Part shown: piece after piece, positions 9,212-18,293 of the stretch | Layout: each line of letters starts with the position of its first letter | Position numbering within the stretch: position 1 is the stretch's first letter | Assembly: GCF_900187275.1 (NCBI RefSeq) | Contig: NZ_LT906458.1 | Coordinates: 1,890,001-1,922,000 of the forward strand | Origin: Pasteurella multocida | Lineage (GTDB): Bacteria; Pseudomonadota; Gammaproteobacteria; Enterobacterales; Pasteurellaceae | DNA: 32,000 nucleotides | Direction: 5' to 3' | The notes under the pieces: model-generated | What the model was told of the DNA's origin: nothing | The model's database searches: none | The model's input: only the letters and a program-made list of their open reading frames with translations | Translations under genes and position numbers: made by a program

Positions 9212-9829
9212 TTACACCACTTGCGTAAAAAAGTCACGAATTCCCACTAACATATTATTGATCGCCACGGCAGCAAGGATTAATCCCATGACCCGGCTTA
9301 TTACGGCAGCGCCAGTGTTACCAATTAAACGTTGAATACGGTTTGCCATCAAGAAAAGCAGGTAAGTGATAAATAAAATGGAAAGCATAATCACAGTGGT
9401 GATAACTTGATCGAAAAAACTGAACCGATGATTATCGGTCAATAATACGATTGCCATCATCGCACCCGGTGAAGCAATGGACGGCACCGCAAGAGGATAA
9501 ACCGCCAGCTCACTTAAACTGGATGTCATACGCATTTCATGTTCTGGCTTACCTTCACCAAAAATCATGGTTAAGGCGAATAACAGTAACACTAAGCCCC
9601 CGGCAATTTGGAATGCTGTGAGCGGAATTTGCATCGCTTCTAATAGCCCCTGACCTAGAATCAAAAAGAACATTAAGATCCCCGTTGCGATCACGACCGC
9701 TTTTAAGGCAATTTTACGTCTATCTTCTAGCGATAGCCCTACGGTTTTGGTCAAATAAACCGGTACGGATCCAATTGGGTCGATTACTGCCCACAATACA
9801 ACAAATTGCACGATTAACGAATCAAACAT
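9212..9829 (-). CDS. MarC family integral membrane protein
   Basis: MFDSLIVQFVVLWAVIDPIGSVPVYLTKTVGLS..., AFQIAGGLVLLLFALTMIFG, multiple TMs; CGGAG SD precedes the ATG at 9829. Confidence 0.85.
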   Translation of the reverse strand: MFDSLIVQFVVLWAVIDPIGSVPVYLTKTVGLSLEDRRKIALKAVVIATGILMFFLILGQGLLEAMQIPLTAFQIAGGLVLLLFALTMIFGEGKPEHEMRMTSSLSELAVYPLAVPSIASPGAMMAIVLLTDNHRFSFFDQVITTVIMLSILFITYLLFLMANRIQRLIGNTGAAVISRVMGLILAAVAINNMLVGIRDFFTQVV

Positions 9830-9900
9830 TGGCAACTCCGATAAAAAAGTAGAGAATAGCTCATTCTATAATAAAAGTTGAACAAGACATACGAGAACGC

Positions 9901-11823
9901 ATGCTTTTTTTTACAAATTTAACATTAAAGCGCGGGCAATCCGTGTTGCTCGAAAATACATCGGTCGCGATTAACCCCGGACAAAAAGTGGGCTTAGTCG
10001 GAAAAAATGGGTGTGGCAAGTCATCTTTATTGGCGTTATTAAAAAAAGAGATTAGCGCAGAAGGCGGTGACGTCAGTTTTCCTGCCAATTGGACGTTATC
10101 TTGGGTCAATCAAGAAACGCCTGCCTTAATGACCTTGGCAATCGATTATGTGATCGAAGGTGATCGGGAATATTGCCGCTTACAACGTGAGCTAGTATTA
10201 GCCAATGAACAAGGCGATGGACATAAAATTGCTCATCTGCATGCGCAATTAGATGCGATTGATGCATGGACAATTCAAGCACGCGCTGCCGCACTATTGC
10301 ACGGTTTGGGCTTTAGTCAAAGCGAATTACAGCAGCCAGTCAAAGCCTTTTCAGGTGGTTGGCGTATGCGCTTAAATTTAGCACAAGCATTACTCTGTCC
10401 TTCTGATTTATTATTATTGGATGAGCCGACTAACCACTTAGATTTAGATACGGTCATGTGGTTAGAGCGTTGGCTGGTACAATACAAAGGCACCTTAGTG
10501 TTAATTTCACACGATCGTGATTTTCTGGACCCTATCGTCAATAAAATTATCCATATTGAACATCAGAAGTTAAATGAATATACCGGTGATTATTCTTCCT
10601 TTGAAGTTCAACGCGCCACGAAACTGGCACAGCAGAATGCACTTTATCGTCAACAGCAACAAAAAGTCGCACATTTACAAAAATATATTGATCGTTTCAA
10701 GGCAAAAGCTTCCAAAGCTAAACAGGCGCAAAGTCGGGTGAAAGCCTTGGAACGGATGGAATTAATCGCCCCAGCTTACGTGGATAATCCGTTTCATTTT
10801 ACCTTTCGTGAACCCTTGTCTTTACCGAATCCGTTGTTAGCTATGCAGCAAGTAAGCGCAGGCTATCCGAGCGCAGAGGGACAAAGTGCGGTCGAAATTT
10901 TAGAAAAAATCAAATTGAACTTGGTACCGGGATCTCGGATTGGACTATTAGGGAAAAATGGCGCGGGGAAATCGACACTGATTAAATTATTGGCAGGTGA
11001 ATTAACACCGCTTTCGGGTCAGGTTCAGTTGGCGAAAGGTGTCCAGCTTGGTTACTTTGCTCAACATCAATTAGAAACGTTACGTCTCGATGAAAGCCCA
11101 CTTTGGCATTTACAAAAGCTAGCACCGCAACATACAGAACAGCAGTTACGGGATTATTTGGGCGGTTTTGCGTTCAAAGGCGATAAGGTGAATGAGGCGG
11201 TGAAGTCCTTTTCTGGTGGGGAGAAAGCCCGTTTAGTGTTAGCCTTGATTGTGTGGCAGCGTCCAAACTTATTGTTACTCGATGAGCCGACTAACCACTT
11301 AGATTTAGATATGCGCCAAGCGCTGACAGAAGCCTTAGTAGATTATCAAGGGTCGTTGGTCGTGGTATCGCATGATCGCCATTTATTACGTAATACAGTG
11401 GAAGAATTTTATCTGGTACATGATAAAAAGGTTGAGCCTTTCAGTGGCGATTTAGAGGATTACCAGAAATGGTTAACTGATGTTAATCGCAATACGGAAG
11501 AAAAAGCGGATACCAATGCACTGGTTGATAATGCCAATAGCAGTGCGAATCGCAAAGAACAAAAACGCCGTGAGGCAGAATTGCGACAACAAACTGCCCC
11601 GTTACGCAAAAAATTGCAGCAACTTGAACAAAAAATGGAAACCGTATCGAGCCACTTAGGGCAAATCGAAGCGCAACTGGTCGAATCGGATTTGTATTTG
11701 GCGAAAAATAAAGAAAAATTGACCGCACTTTTAAATGAGCAAGTGAGCAATAAAAAACACTTAGAAATGCTTGAAATGGATTGGCTCGCGTTACAAGAGG
11801 AACTCGAAGGACTACTGGAGTAA
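9901..11823 (+). CDS. yheS: ABC-F family ATP-binding protein, YheS-like
   Basis: 640 aa, two Walker A (GLVGKNGCGKSS, GLLGKNGAGKST), two LLLLDEPTNHLDLD motifs, two signature motifs; N-terminus close to E. coli YheS. Confidence 0.92.
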   Translation: MLFFTNLTLKRGQSVLLENTSVAINPGQKVGLVGKNGCGKSSLLALLKKEISAEGGDVSFPANWTLSWVNQETPALMTLAIDYVIEGDREYCRLQRELVLANEQGDGHKIAHLHAQLDAIDAWTIQARAAALLHGLGFSQSELQQPVKAFSGGWRMRLNLAQALLCPSDLLLLDEPTNHLDLDTVMWLERWLVQYKGTLVLISHDRDFLDPIVNKIIHIEHQKLNEYTGDYSSFEVQRATKLAQQNALYRQQQQKVAHLQKYIDRFKAKASKAKQAQSRVKALERMELIAPAYVDNPFHFTFREPLSLPNPLLAMQQVSAGYPSAEGQSAVEILEKIKLNLVPGSRIGLLGKNGAGKSTLIKLLAGELTPLSGQVQLAKGVQLGYFAQHQLETLRLDESPLWHLQKLAPQHTEQQLRDYLGGFAFKGDKVNEAVKSFSGGEKARLVLALIVWQRPNLLLLDEPTNHLDLDMRQALTEALVDYQGSLVVVSHDRHLLRNTVEEFYLVHDKKVEPFSGDLEDYQKWLTDVNRNTEEKADTNALVDNANSSANRKEQKRREAELRQQTAPLRKKLQQLEQKMETVSSHLGQIEAQLVESDLYLAKNKEKLTALLNEQVSNKKHLEMLEMDWLALQEELEGLLE

Positions 11824-11840
11824 GTAAACGTGGGGACAGG

Positions 11841-11870
11841 AAAGGACGTGGATTGGCACGTCCTTTTTTG
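11841..11870 (+). terminator. Rho-independent terminator of the ABC-F gene
   Basis: AAAGGACGTG-GATTGG-CACGTCCTTT then TTTT. Confidence 0.9.
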
Positions 11871-11871
11871 T

Positions 11872-12498
11872 TTATTTTCGTTGATTTAATGTGGTTTTGA
11901 AATGCGCTTCAATTTGCTCTACTGTTATCGCACGGCGAGCCACGCCTTTGGCGCGGACATGCTCATTGATGACATTCATAAAAGGCGCCGAGGCGGTGAT
12001 TTTTTCACCATCTACATTGGGATTAGCAGGGATAATGGCAAGGGCATCACACATCACAATCACGGCCTCAGCCAGATAACTATCTGGAATAGGTCGTCCG
12101 ATTTTCTCTTCTTCTTTATTGGATTCTAATACTTTGCCGTTAACATCATAACGGGTTCGGGTATTGATAATGGTGTCTTTAGTTTTACAGTTTGTGCTAA
12201 CGCGTTCAATACTGTAGCTATGTGGGGAGAGGCTTGCAATTAAGGCGGAGCGTTGGTCGCCAAACGTATCAATACTCGATAAGCGAATAAAAAATAGGTC
12301 ATCATTTCCCACCCATTGATGCCGTTTTGCTTCTGTGCGATAAGTATAGGAAACATACGAGCTTGCACGCATCACATTTTCAATAGAGGGACCTTCTACA
12401 TAAACATTGGGATTAGCGAGGGTTACTGTTGAACAGAATAACGCACAGATGAATAAACTGATTTTGCAAAATGTATTGATAGGCATAAATTGCTCCAA
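11872..12498 (-). CDS. Conserved hypothetical secreted/periplasmic protein
   Basis: Signal peptide MPINTFCKISLFICALFCSTVTLANP; two Cys (STNCKTKD, IVMCDAL); no family recognised. Start may be the internal Met at MPINTF. Confidence 0.7.
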   Translation of the reverse strand: MEQFMPINTFCKISLFICALFCSTVTLANPNVYVEGPSIENVMRASSYVSYTYRTEAKRHQWVGNDDLFFIRLSSIDTFGDQRSALIASLSPHSYSIERVSTNCKTKDTIINTRTRYDVNGKVLESNKEEEKIGRPIPDSYLAEAVIVMCDALAIIPANPNVDGEKITASAPFMNVINEHVRAKGVARRAITVEQIEAHFKTTLNQRK

Positions 12499-12565
12499 TA
12501 AGCCGAGATTAGAGAGGGATTACTATACCATTCTTGCTGATATTTTATAATCTATTTGTATGAAA

Positions 12566-12598
12566 ACAAAAAAGCCAAAGTCGATCACTTTGGCTTTT
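12566..12598 (-). terminator. Rho-independent terminator of rpoH
   Basis: Minus strand AAAAGCCAAAGT-GATCG-ACTTTGGCTTTT followed by T-run. Confidence 0.88.
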
Positions 12599-12614
12599 AC
12601 TTGATAAAACAGGA

Positions 12615-13460
12615 TTAGAAATTGACCGCACTTTTGAGTTTTTTCAGTGCATTCGTTTCTAATTGGCGTACACGCTCGGCAGAAATATTGTATTTGGCGG
12701 CTAAATCTTGCAAAGTGGCTTTGTTTTCATCTAACCAACGCGCTTTAATAATATCAAGACTACGTTCATCCAGTCCCTCAAGTGCCACACTTAATTGTTC
12801 TGTAGCTTGGGCTTCATAATTTTCATTTTCAAGTTCCGCCGCGAAGTTGGAACCTTTGTCTTCTAAATATAGAGATGGTGAATAGGTTTCTTCGTTGTCA
12901 TCTGTTGGCAAATCAAATGCCACATCGGCACCCGTCATACGGGACTCCATTTCCATCACATCTGCTGGCGAAACACCAAGTTCATTAGCAACCATTTCTA
13001 CTTCGTTTTCGTTAAACCAGCCTAAACGTTGTTTTGTTTTGCGTAGATTAAAGAATAATTTACGTTGTGCTTTGGTCGTTGCTACTTTCACAATACGCCA
13101 GTTTCGCAGAACGTATTCATGAATTTCTGCTTTGATCCAATGCACTGCAAAGGACACTAAACGTACCCCTACTTCTGGGTTAAAACGTTTCACCGCCTTC
13201 ATTAAGCCAATATTACCTTCTTGGATCAAATCGGCTTGCGGAAGACCATAGCCTGAATAGCCACGTGCGACATGAATAACAAAGCGAAGATGAGAAAGGA
13301 TCAGTTTTTTCGCTGCTTCCAAATCTTCTTGATAATACAAACGCTCCGCCAATTCCTTTTCTTCCTCAGCGGTAAGCATAGGATATTCATTTGCCGCACG
13401 AATATAAGCTTCGATACTGCCTTGTGGAACCAACATCATGGTTTGTGTGTCTTTGTTCAT
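12615..13460 (-). CDS. rpoH: RNA polymerase sigma-32 factor
   Basis: [93 protein letters not shown]; AAGAAGGAAAG SD before ATG at 13460. ORF track start at 13721 rejected. Confidence 0.97.
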   Translation of the reverse strand: MNKDTQTMMLVPQGSIEAYIRAANEYPMLTAEEEKELAERLYYQEDLEAAKKLILSHLRFVIHVARGYSGYGLPQADLIQEGNIGLMKAVKRFNPEVGVRLVSFAVHWIKAEIHEYVLRNWRIVKVATTKAQRKLFFNLRKTKQRLGWFNENEVEMVANELGVSPADVMEMESRMTGADVAFDLPTDDNEETYSPSLYLEDKGSNFAAELENENYEAQATEQLSVALEGLDERSLDIIKARWLDENKATLQDLAAKYNISAERVRQLETNALKKLKSAVNF

Positions 13461-13500
13461 TGCTTTCCTTCTTAAAAAATGAAGATAACATCTCAAACTA

Positions 13501-13530
13501 GTTATAGCATAAAAATCCAACTGGCGCCAA
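13501..13530 (-). promoter_or_regulatory. Candidate sigma-70 promoter of rpoH
   Basis: Minus strand TTGGCG-N18-TATAAC with TATG extended -10 context, about 40 nt before the rpoH ATG. Confidence 0.45.
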
Positions 13531-13627
13531 TGATTATGGTGCTTTCCTGTTGGCAGAACTTGGACTCGGTATTCTGGATAAAGTTCCATCTTGCTGCGAA
13601 AAAAGCATGTTAATGCTTTTGAATGAA

Positions 13628-13668
13628 AGGACTCACCGCACATTAACTTTTCTTGTGCGGTGAGTTTT
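13628..13668 (-). terminator. Bidirectional-looking hairpin downstream of the DASS transporter
   Basis: ACTCACCGCACA ... TGTGCGGTGAGT inverted repeat with short A/T tails. Confidence 0.7.
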
Positions 13669-13690
13669 AAGTGGATACCGTTAAATTTTG

Positions 13691-15097
13691 TTAGAGTAGA
13701 GGAGAAATGGCTAAAATCCACAACATACTGAGAATTGGACCTAGGAAACCAATAATCACCCCACCTAAACGGAACTCAGACTGTTTAATTAACCCCGTAC
13801 TGAATGCAATCGCATTTGGTGGTGTTGATACTGGTAAGAATAACGCGCAGGATGCGCTTAATCCAATCACTAACGGTAAAATCATTGGGTGAATATCGTT
13901 ACCTCCAACCATTGCCAGTAAAGAAACACCCATTGGGATCAAGATCGTTGTGGCAGCCGTGTTACTCATGAAGTTAGACAGAATCACTGTAATGAAACCA
14001 AATAGGCTGAGTAACATGATAAAACTCACCTGAATGTGACTAATTTGCTCGACAAAGTGTGCGGCAATACGCTGTTCTTCAATGGCTAAACCAAGTGCTA
14101 AACCTCCGGCAACGAGCATTAAGGTATCCCAAGGTAATTGGCGAATATCTTTTTCACTGAGCACACCAGTAATGGTTAATCCCACGATTGGAATACCAGA
14201 GGCCGCAGCCACAGGGATGCCAATCCATTTAGACATCAGCCAGCAGAAAAGTGTGACAGCTAAGATCACTAATACAATGATTTTATGTAAGAATTCGACA
14301 CGGTTGGAGTGAATCGCAGGCGTTTCTTGTAAAAAACTAAAATCTAAACTTTCAGTCTTATTAATCTCATATTTTTTCACTAAAACACGCCAGAAAATGA
14401 ACAATAGGATTAAAGCTAACGGGGTACCTACCATCATCCATTCTAAGAAGGAAATTGGGTGACCTAATTTCTCCAGTGCACCGACTGCAATCGCATTGGG
14501 TGCTGACCCAATAATTGTCCCCATACCACCGACAGAGGCGGCGGCTGGAATACCAAGGAGGAGTGCTTTGGAGAGGTTTGAACTTTCATTTAAACGAGTA
14601 AAGAGCGGACTGATCGTCGCGATCATCATGGCAGTCGTAGCGGTGTTACTCATCAACATGGACATGATAGCTGTAACTAACATCAATCCCCAAAGTACAT
14701 ACACTGGGTTGTTGCCAAATTTTGGTAAGACAGCTTTTAATAATAAAAGGTCGAGTTTGGTTTTTTTCATGGCTTCAGCGAGGAAAAATCCCCCTAAAAA
14801 TAGCCAAATCACACTATCAGACCATGTTTGTAGGTACTGAATGGCATCATAAGCCTCACTTTTACCCATCACAAAAACTAAAAAGCCAACAATTAAGATA
14901 CTGACAGAAAACGGTGGAATGGCTTCAGTGACCCATAAACTGATCGCAAAGAAAAGCAGGAAAAGTACATAGTTTTGCACTTTCGTAAAACTGGCATCCG
15001 AAAGTAAGATTGTCATCAGCAAAGCAAATAGGATAGAAACACAGAAAAACAGGAAACGCCTACTTTTTACCATTGTTATTATTTGTAAGTACTTCAT
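13691..15097 (-). CDS. DASS (SLC13) family sodium/dicarboxylate or anion symporter
   Basis: 468 aa, many TMs, [73 protein letters not shown] before ATG at 15097. Confidence 0.9.
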   Translation of the reverse strand: MKYLQIITMVKSRRFLFFCVSILFALLMTILLSDASFTKVQNYVLFLLFFAISLWVTEAIPPFSVSILIVGFLVFVMGKSEAYDAIQYLQTWSDSVIWLFLGGFFLAEAMKKTKLDLLLLKAVLPKFGNNPVYVLWGLMLVTAIMSMLMSNTATTAMMIATISPLFTRLNESSNLSKALLLGIPAAASVGGMGTIIGSAPNAIAVGALEKLGHPISFLEWMMVGTPLALILLFIFWRVLVKKYEINKTESLDFSFLQETPAIHSNRVEFLHKIIVLVILAVTLFCWLMSKWIGIPVAAASGIPIVGLTITGVLSEKDIRQLPWDTLMLVAGGLALGLAIEEQRIAAHFVEQISHIQVSFIMLLSLFGFITVILSNFMSNTAATTILIPMGVSLLAMVGGNDIHPMILPLVIGLSASCALFLPVSTPPNAIAFSTGLIKQSEFRLGGVIIGFLGPILSMLWILAISPLL

Positions 15098-15129
15098 AGT
15101 TGACCTCTTAAAATAGAATTAAAATCGAT

Positions 15130-15143
15130 CTGATTGTAATCAA
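15130..15143 (-). promoter_or_regulatory. Candidate FNR site overlapping a -10-like hexamer
   Basis: Minus strand TTGAT-TACA-ATCAG, 9/10 to TTGAT-N4-ATCAA; contains TACAAT. Confidence 0.5.
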
Positions 15144-15160
15144 AAATAAAAACGTATTTT

Positions 15161-15174
15161 CTGATCTTGTTCAA
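15161..15174 (-). promoter_or_regulatory. Second candidate FNR site
   Basis: Minus strand TTGAA-CAAG-ATCAG, 8/10 to FNR consensus, centred 31 bp upstream of the other site. Confidence 0.4.
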
Positions 15175-15279
15175 AGAAAGTACGTATTTTAAACCAAAAT
15201 TGGAGTATTTTTTCATCATTTTTTCCAAAAATGATGGTTATCTTTTTTGCCGATGTGATGTCCATTGGAAAAGATGAGG

Positions 15280-16824
15280 TTATAGCAAATGTTCAACAGG
15301 TAACCAAGATAAACACCACACACTAAAACGCTTAAACCAACTGGTGTGTGGCTCATTTTCATAGCGAATCCATTGCCCATTTTCTTGCGTTTCCCAATAC
15401 AGTGCTTGCGCCTCATTTAACTTAACCGAAAAAGCATAATTTGCTTGATTTTGTTGCAGTCCATCACTGAGTAAGCGAGCCAATTCAGGGCTGTCAATGA
15501 GTAATCCCATTTCCGTATTCAACATGGCAGAGCGCGGATCCATATTAAAGGAACCAACAAATAAATAGCGATTATCGAGAGTAAATGTTTTGGCATGTAA
15601 ACTGGCGCTACTGGCTCCTTTTAATAAATGCCCTGAGGATTCCATTTGAATGGTTGCATGAGGTTTCAGCTCATACAGTTGGATTTGCTTTTGTAACAAT
15701 GTTTTGCGGTGTTTAGCATAGCCAGAATGCACAATGCTAACATCGGTTGCTTCCAGTGAATTGGTTAGAATAGAAACCTGTGTGCCAGTCTGGCTGATAC
15801 GGCTTAAGAAATCCACACCAACATGGGTTGGTACAAAATAAGGCGACACAATGATTAAGTTGTTTTTCGCATTTAACATTGTGGGAGCAATATGTGCTAA
15901 GACACTGTCTTGAATCAATGATTTGCCTAGTGCCTTTTTAGGATCATCGCTGATTAATTCTGCCTCTGCCCATGTAAAAGCTAAGGTGCCTGCTTTTAAG
16001 CTTTTAGCAAAGGGCAGTTCAGTAAGTTGTTTTAAATAAGTTTGGGTTTCATCATCTAATGCAGGCAACGGATTAAAAGGCGTAATAGGATCGCGTATGA
16101 TAATGCTTTCTAAAGGATAACTTGATGGGCTATTCCAATAGCGATCAAAATCAGTCTGAATGTGTGTAACGACGGCGCCGGTTGCGGCAACATCAAGATC
16201 AGCAAATAATACACCGTTACCCACATCAAAATATTCATCACCAATATTGCGCCCGCCAAGGATACTCATGACGCCATCTGCGGTGAAGGACTTATTGTGC
16301 ATACGACGATTGAGTCTAAAAAAGTCGCTCAAAAAGCCTAACCAACGATATTGACGTTGCATAAAGGGATTGAATAAGCGGATTTGGATATTAGGGTGTG
16401 CATTGAGTGAAGCCAAGATCGTGTCCATGCCTTTGGTATTATTGTCGTCCAATAATAAACGGACTTTTACTCCACGGACTGCGGCTTTATATAGACTTTG
16501 TAAGAGTAAGTGACCAGACACATCGTTATGCCAAATATAATACTGTAAGTCGAGTGTATGTTCGGCATGTTCACTGAGCGCCAAGCGAGCGAGAAAGGCA
16601 TCTTTCCCATCGCCTAAAGGATACAATCCCGTTAAGTTGGGATGTTGGGCAACTTGTGGCAAGATATGGCGTGCTAACAGCCCGTTGGGATTAAGGGGAG
16701 GGTGCGTACTGATTGGACGATCGGATGTGGGTAATCGTTGGTAACTTATTAGGGCAAGTATCACGAGGCTAAACAGAATCAGGGCGAGTAAAAGAAACAG
16801 TTTTTTGATAATCACGATCAGCAT
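15280..16824 (-). CDS. Phospholipase D family protein (cardiolipin synthase C-like)
   Basis: Two HKD motifs: HNKSFTADG...GGRNIGDEYFD and HAKTFTLDNRYLFVGSFNMDPRS; N-terminal TM. AAAAGG SD before the ATG at 16824 favours it over the ORF start 16854. Confidence 0.88.
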   Translation of the reverse strand: MLIVIIKKLFLLLALILFSLVILALISYQRLPTSDRPISTHPPLNPNGLLARHILPQVAQHPNLTGLYPLGDGKDAFLARLALSEHAEHTLDLQYYIWHNDVSGHLLLQSLYKAAVRGVKVRLLLDDNNTKGMDTILASLNAHPNIQIRLFNPFMQRQYRWLGFLSDFFRLNRRMHNKSFTADGVMSILGGRNIGDEYFDVGNGVLFADLDVAATGAVVTHIQTDFDRYWNSPSSYPLESIIIRDPITPFNPLPALDDETQTYLKQLTELPFAKSLKAGTLAFTWAEAELISDDPKKALGKSLIQDSVLAHIAPTMLNAKNNLIIVSPYFVPTHVGVDFLSRISQTGTQVSILTNSLEATDVSIVHSGYAKHRKTLLQKQIQLYELKPHATIQMESSGHLLKGASSASLHAKTFTLDNRYLFVGSFNMDPRSAMLNTEMGLLIDSPELARLLSDGLQQNQANYAFSVKLNEAQALYWETQENGQWIRYENEPHTSWFKRFSVWCLSWLPVEHLL

Positions 16825-16970
16825 GTCAGTTACCTTTTGAGAGTGCGAGAGCAATGCTTACATGCGATTACTCCGCGCGGGTATGAATATCATTTCAAGC
16901 TTTTGCCATTGTAACTTGTCTGGTATGAATTGCATCTTTTTTGTGCAGGTGATTGTACAATGAGTGCAGA

Positions 16971-17008
16971 ACAAAAAAGGCGTTTTCCTATTTTGTTGAA
17001 AACGCCTT
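16971..17008 (-). terminator. Rho-independent terminator of tehA
   Basis: Minus strand AAGGCGTTTTC-N10-GAAAACGCCTT followed by TTTT. Confidence 0.88.
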
Positions 17009-17013
17009 GTGTA

Positions 17014-17973
17014 TTATTTGATAAAAAATCGTCCTTTTAAGACCAAATAGCCCGTGTTCAACAACATCAGACCAATACTGAAATTCGCGAAAATAAACAG
17101 CGCTAAGCTTAACGTGGCTAACAAATTATCGGCAGTATTTTGATAAAAGAGTAATGCCACTTTTGCCATGGAGGCTAAACCAAAGGAGAATGCCCACATG
17201 GCAGGCGTAAAGCCGTTAACAAAAATCCAAGGCAGTAAGCGGATTAAAAATAGCAGCTGTAACACACCGTAACCTAGTAACATTAGCGCGAACAGGTCGA
17301 GTTTTCCCCCATTTAAAGTTAAATAGGCTGAACAACCTACAAACGCAGGGGCAAGTTGGATCCCTATCATGGGGCGCAACGGTTCGGGGACGGGCTGTAA
17401 TGTACGTAAACGTTGTAATACTATCGGCTCTAATACTAGCCAAGAAAAAAAGCCGGCGCCTAAAAACACCATGCCTAATTCGCTGTAACCGAGCACGCCA
17501 AGTGCGGTGGCACTGACAAAATTGGTTGCAACTGTCGGGAGATAAATGGCAGGAAGTGTCATTTCTGCTTGATGAATGCCGCGCCACATCGCGGGAATAT
17601 AGTAGGTAGCAAAGGCTAACTGTATCGTAATACCTAGGCTGATGAGTACAATCCCGAATAGCATGTTATAAGGAACAAGCCCAATACCGATTAAGATCGT
17701 TGTAATGGGAATGAGGCTGACAAAATTGCCTAACAGCGGATGTTGTAAATCGGCTTTCAATTGCTGATGTGATTTAAACCATTTGTAAGCGTAGGCACCA
17801 ATAAACGCGAGCCAAATCATGGCAGAAACAGCGAAAAGGCTTTCGCTCACGAGGGTAGCGCCTTCACACAGAGGGGTGGCGTAACGCCAAGCGAGGCTTA
17901 ATGCCGATAACCCAAGGATTATCCCAAAATAGTTTATCGGTAGTGGAAACGGTTTTGATTTTTGTTCTATCAT
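17014..17973 (-). CDS. tehA: TehA/SLAC1-family tellurite-resistance/dicarboxylate transporter
   Basis: 319 aa with about ten TMs; PINYFGIILGLSALSLAWRYA and PAMWAFSFGLASMAKVALL typical of TehA family. Confidence 0.85.
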   Translation of the reverse strand: MIEQKSKPFPLPINYFGIILGLSALSLAWRYATPLCEGATLVSESLFAVSAMIWLAFIGAYAYKWFKSHQQLKADLQHPLLGNFVSLIPITTILIGIGLVPYNMLFGIVLISLGITIQLAFATYYIPAMWRGIHQAEMTLPAIYLPTVATNFVSATALGVLGYSELGMVFLGAGFFSWLVLEPIVLQRLRTLQPVPEPLRPMIGIQLAPAFVGCSAYLTLNGGKLDLFALMLLGYGVLQLLFLIRLLPWIFVNGFTPAMWAFSFGLASMAKVALLFYQNTADNLLATLSLALFIFANFSIGLMLLNTGYLVLKGRFFIK

Positions 17974-18281
17974 TTTTGTGGCACTAATTGGTAATGCAGA
18001 TCCTGCTCGATAATCTGGAAGAGTAAATCAATGTTTGGGTGTTTGCCGGGATGTTGTTTAGCATCTTCGCTATGCTCAGCAAATAATTGTATGCCTTGTT
18101 GCGCAGAGGTGCGGTCGAGTCTGCCGTGGAAGGCTTCGGCAAGTGCATTATAGACACGTAAAGAGCCTAATTTGCCCGCAATCGCAGGAATGTAATGGAT
18201 TTGTGTTTCACCGTCCATGATAGCAAGCCCAACTAAGTCTTCAATTGGTGGCAAGGTATTTAATAGCGTATTGAAATTCAT
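17970..18281 (-). CDS. Small conserved protein, possibly DUF2322 (family uncertain)
   Basis: 103 aa; stop overlaps tehA start (ATGA); HPGKHPNIDLLFQIIEQDLHYQLV. Family suggestion is from memory and not verified. Confidence 0.6.
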   Translation of the reverse strand: MNFNTLLNTLPPIEDLVGLAIMDGETQIHYIPAIAGKLGSLRVYNALAEAFHGRLDRTSAQQGIQLFAEHSEDAKQHPGKHPNIDLLFQIIEQDLHYQLVPQK

Positions 18282-18293
18282 CTGATGGCTCCT

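Noticed and set aside
13628-13668. ACCGCACA/TGTGCGGT hairpin as an uptake signal pair
   Set aside because: The core is GTGCGGT preceded by TT, not AAAGTGCGGT, so it fails the USS consensus; treated as a terminator hairpin only.
15216-15416. 66-aa minus-strand ORF (MRRKHCIGKRKKMGNGF...) overlapping the PLD 3' end in another frame
   Set aside because: Mostly within the PLD coding sequence in a different frame; the TM-like stretch is probably a frame artefact.
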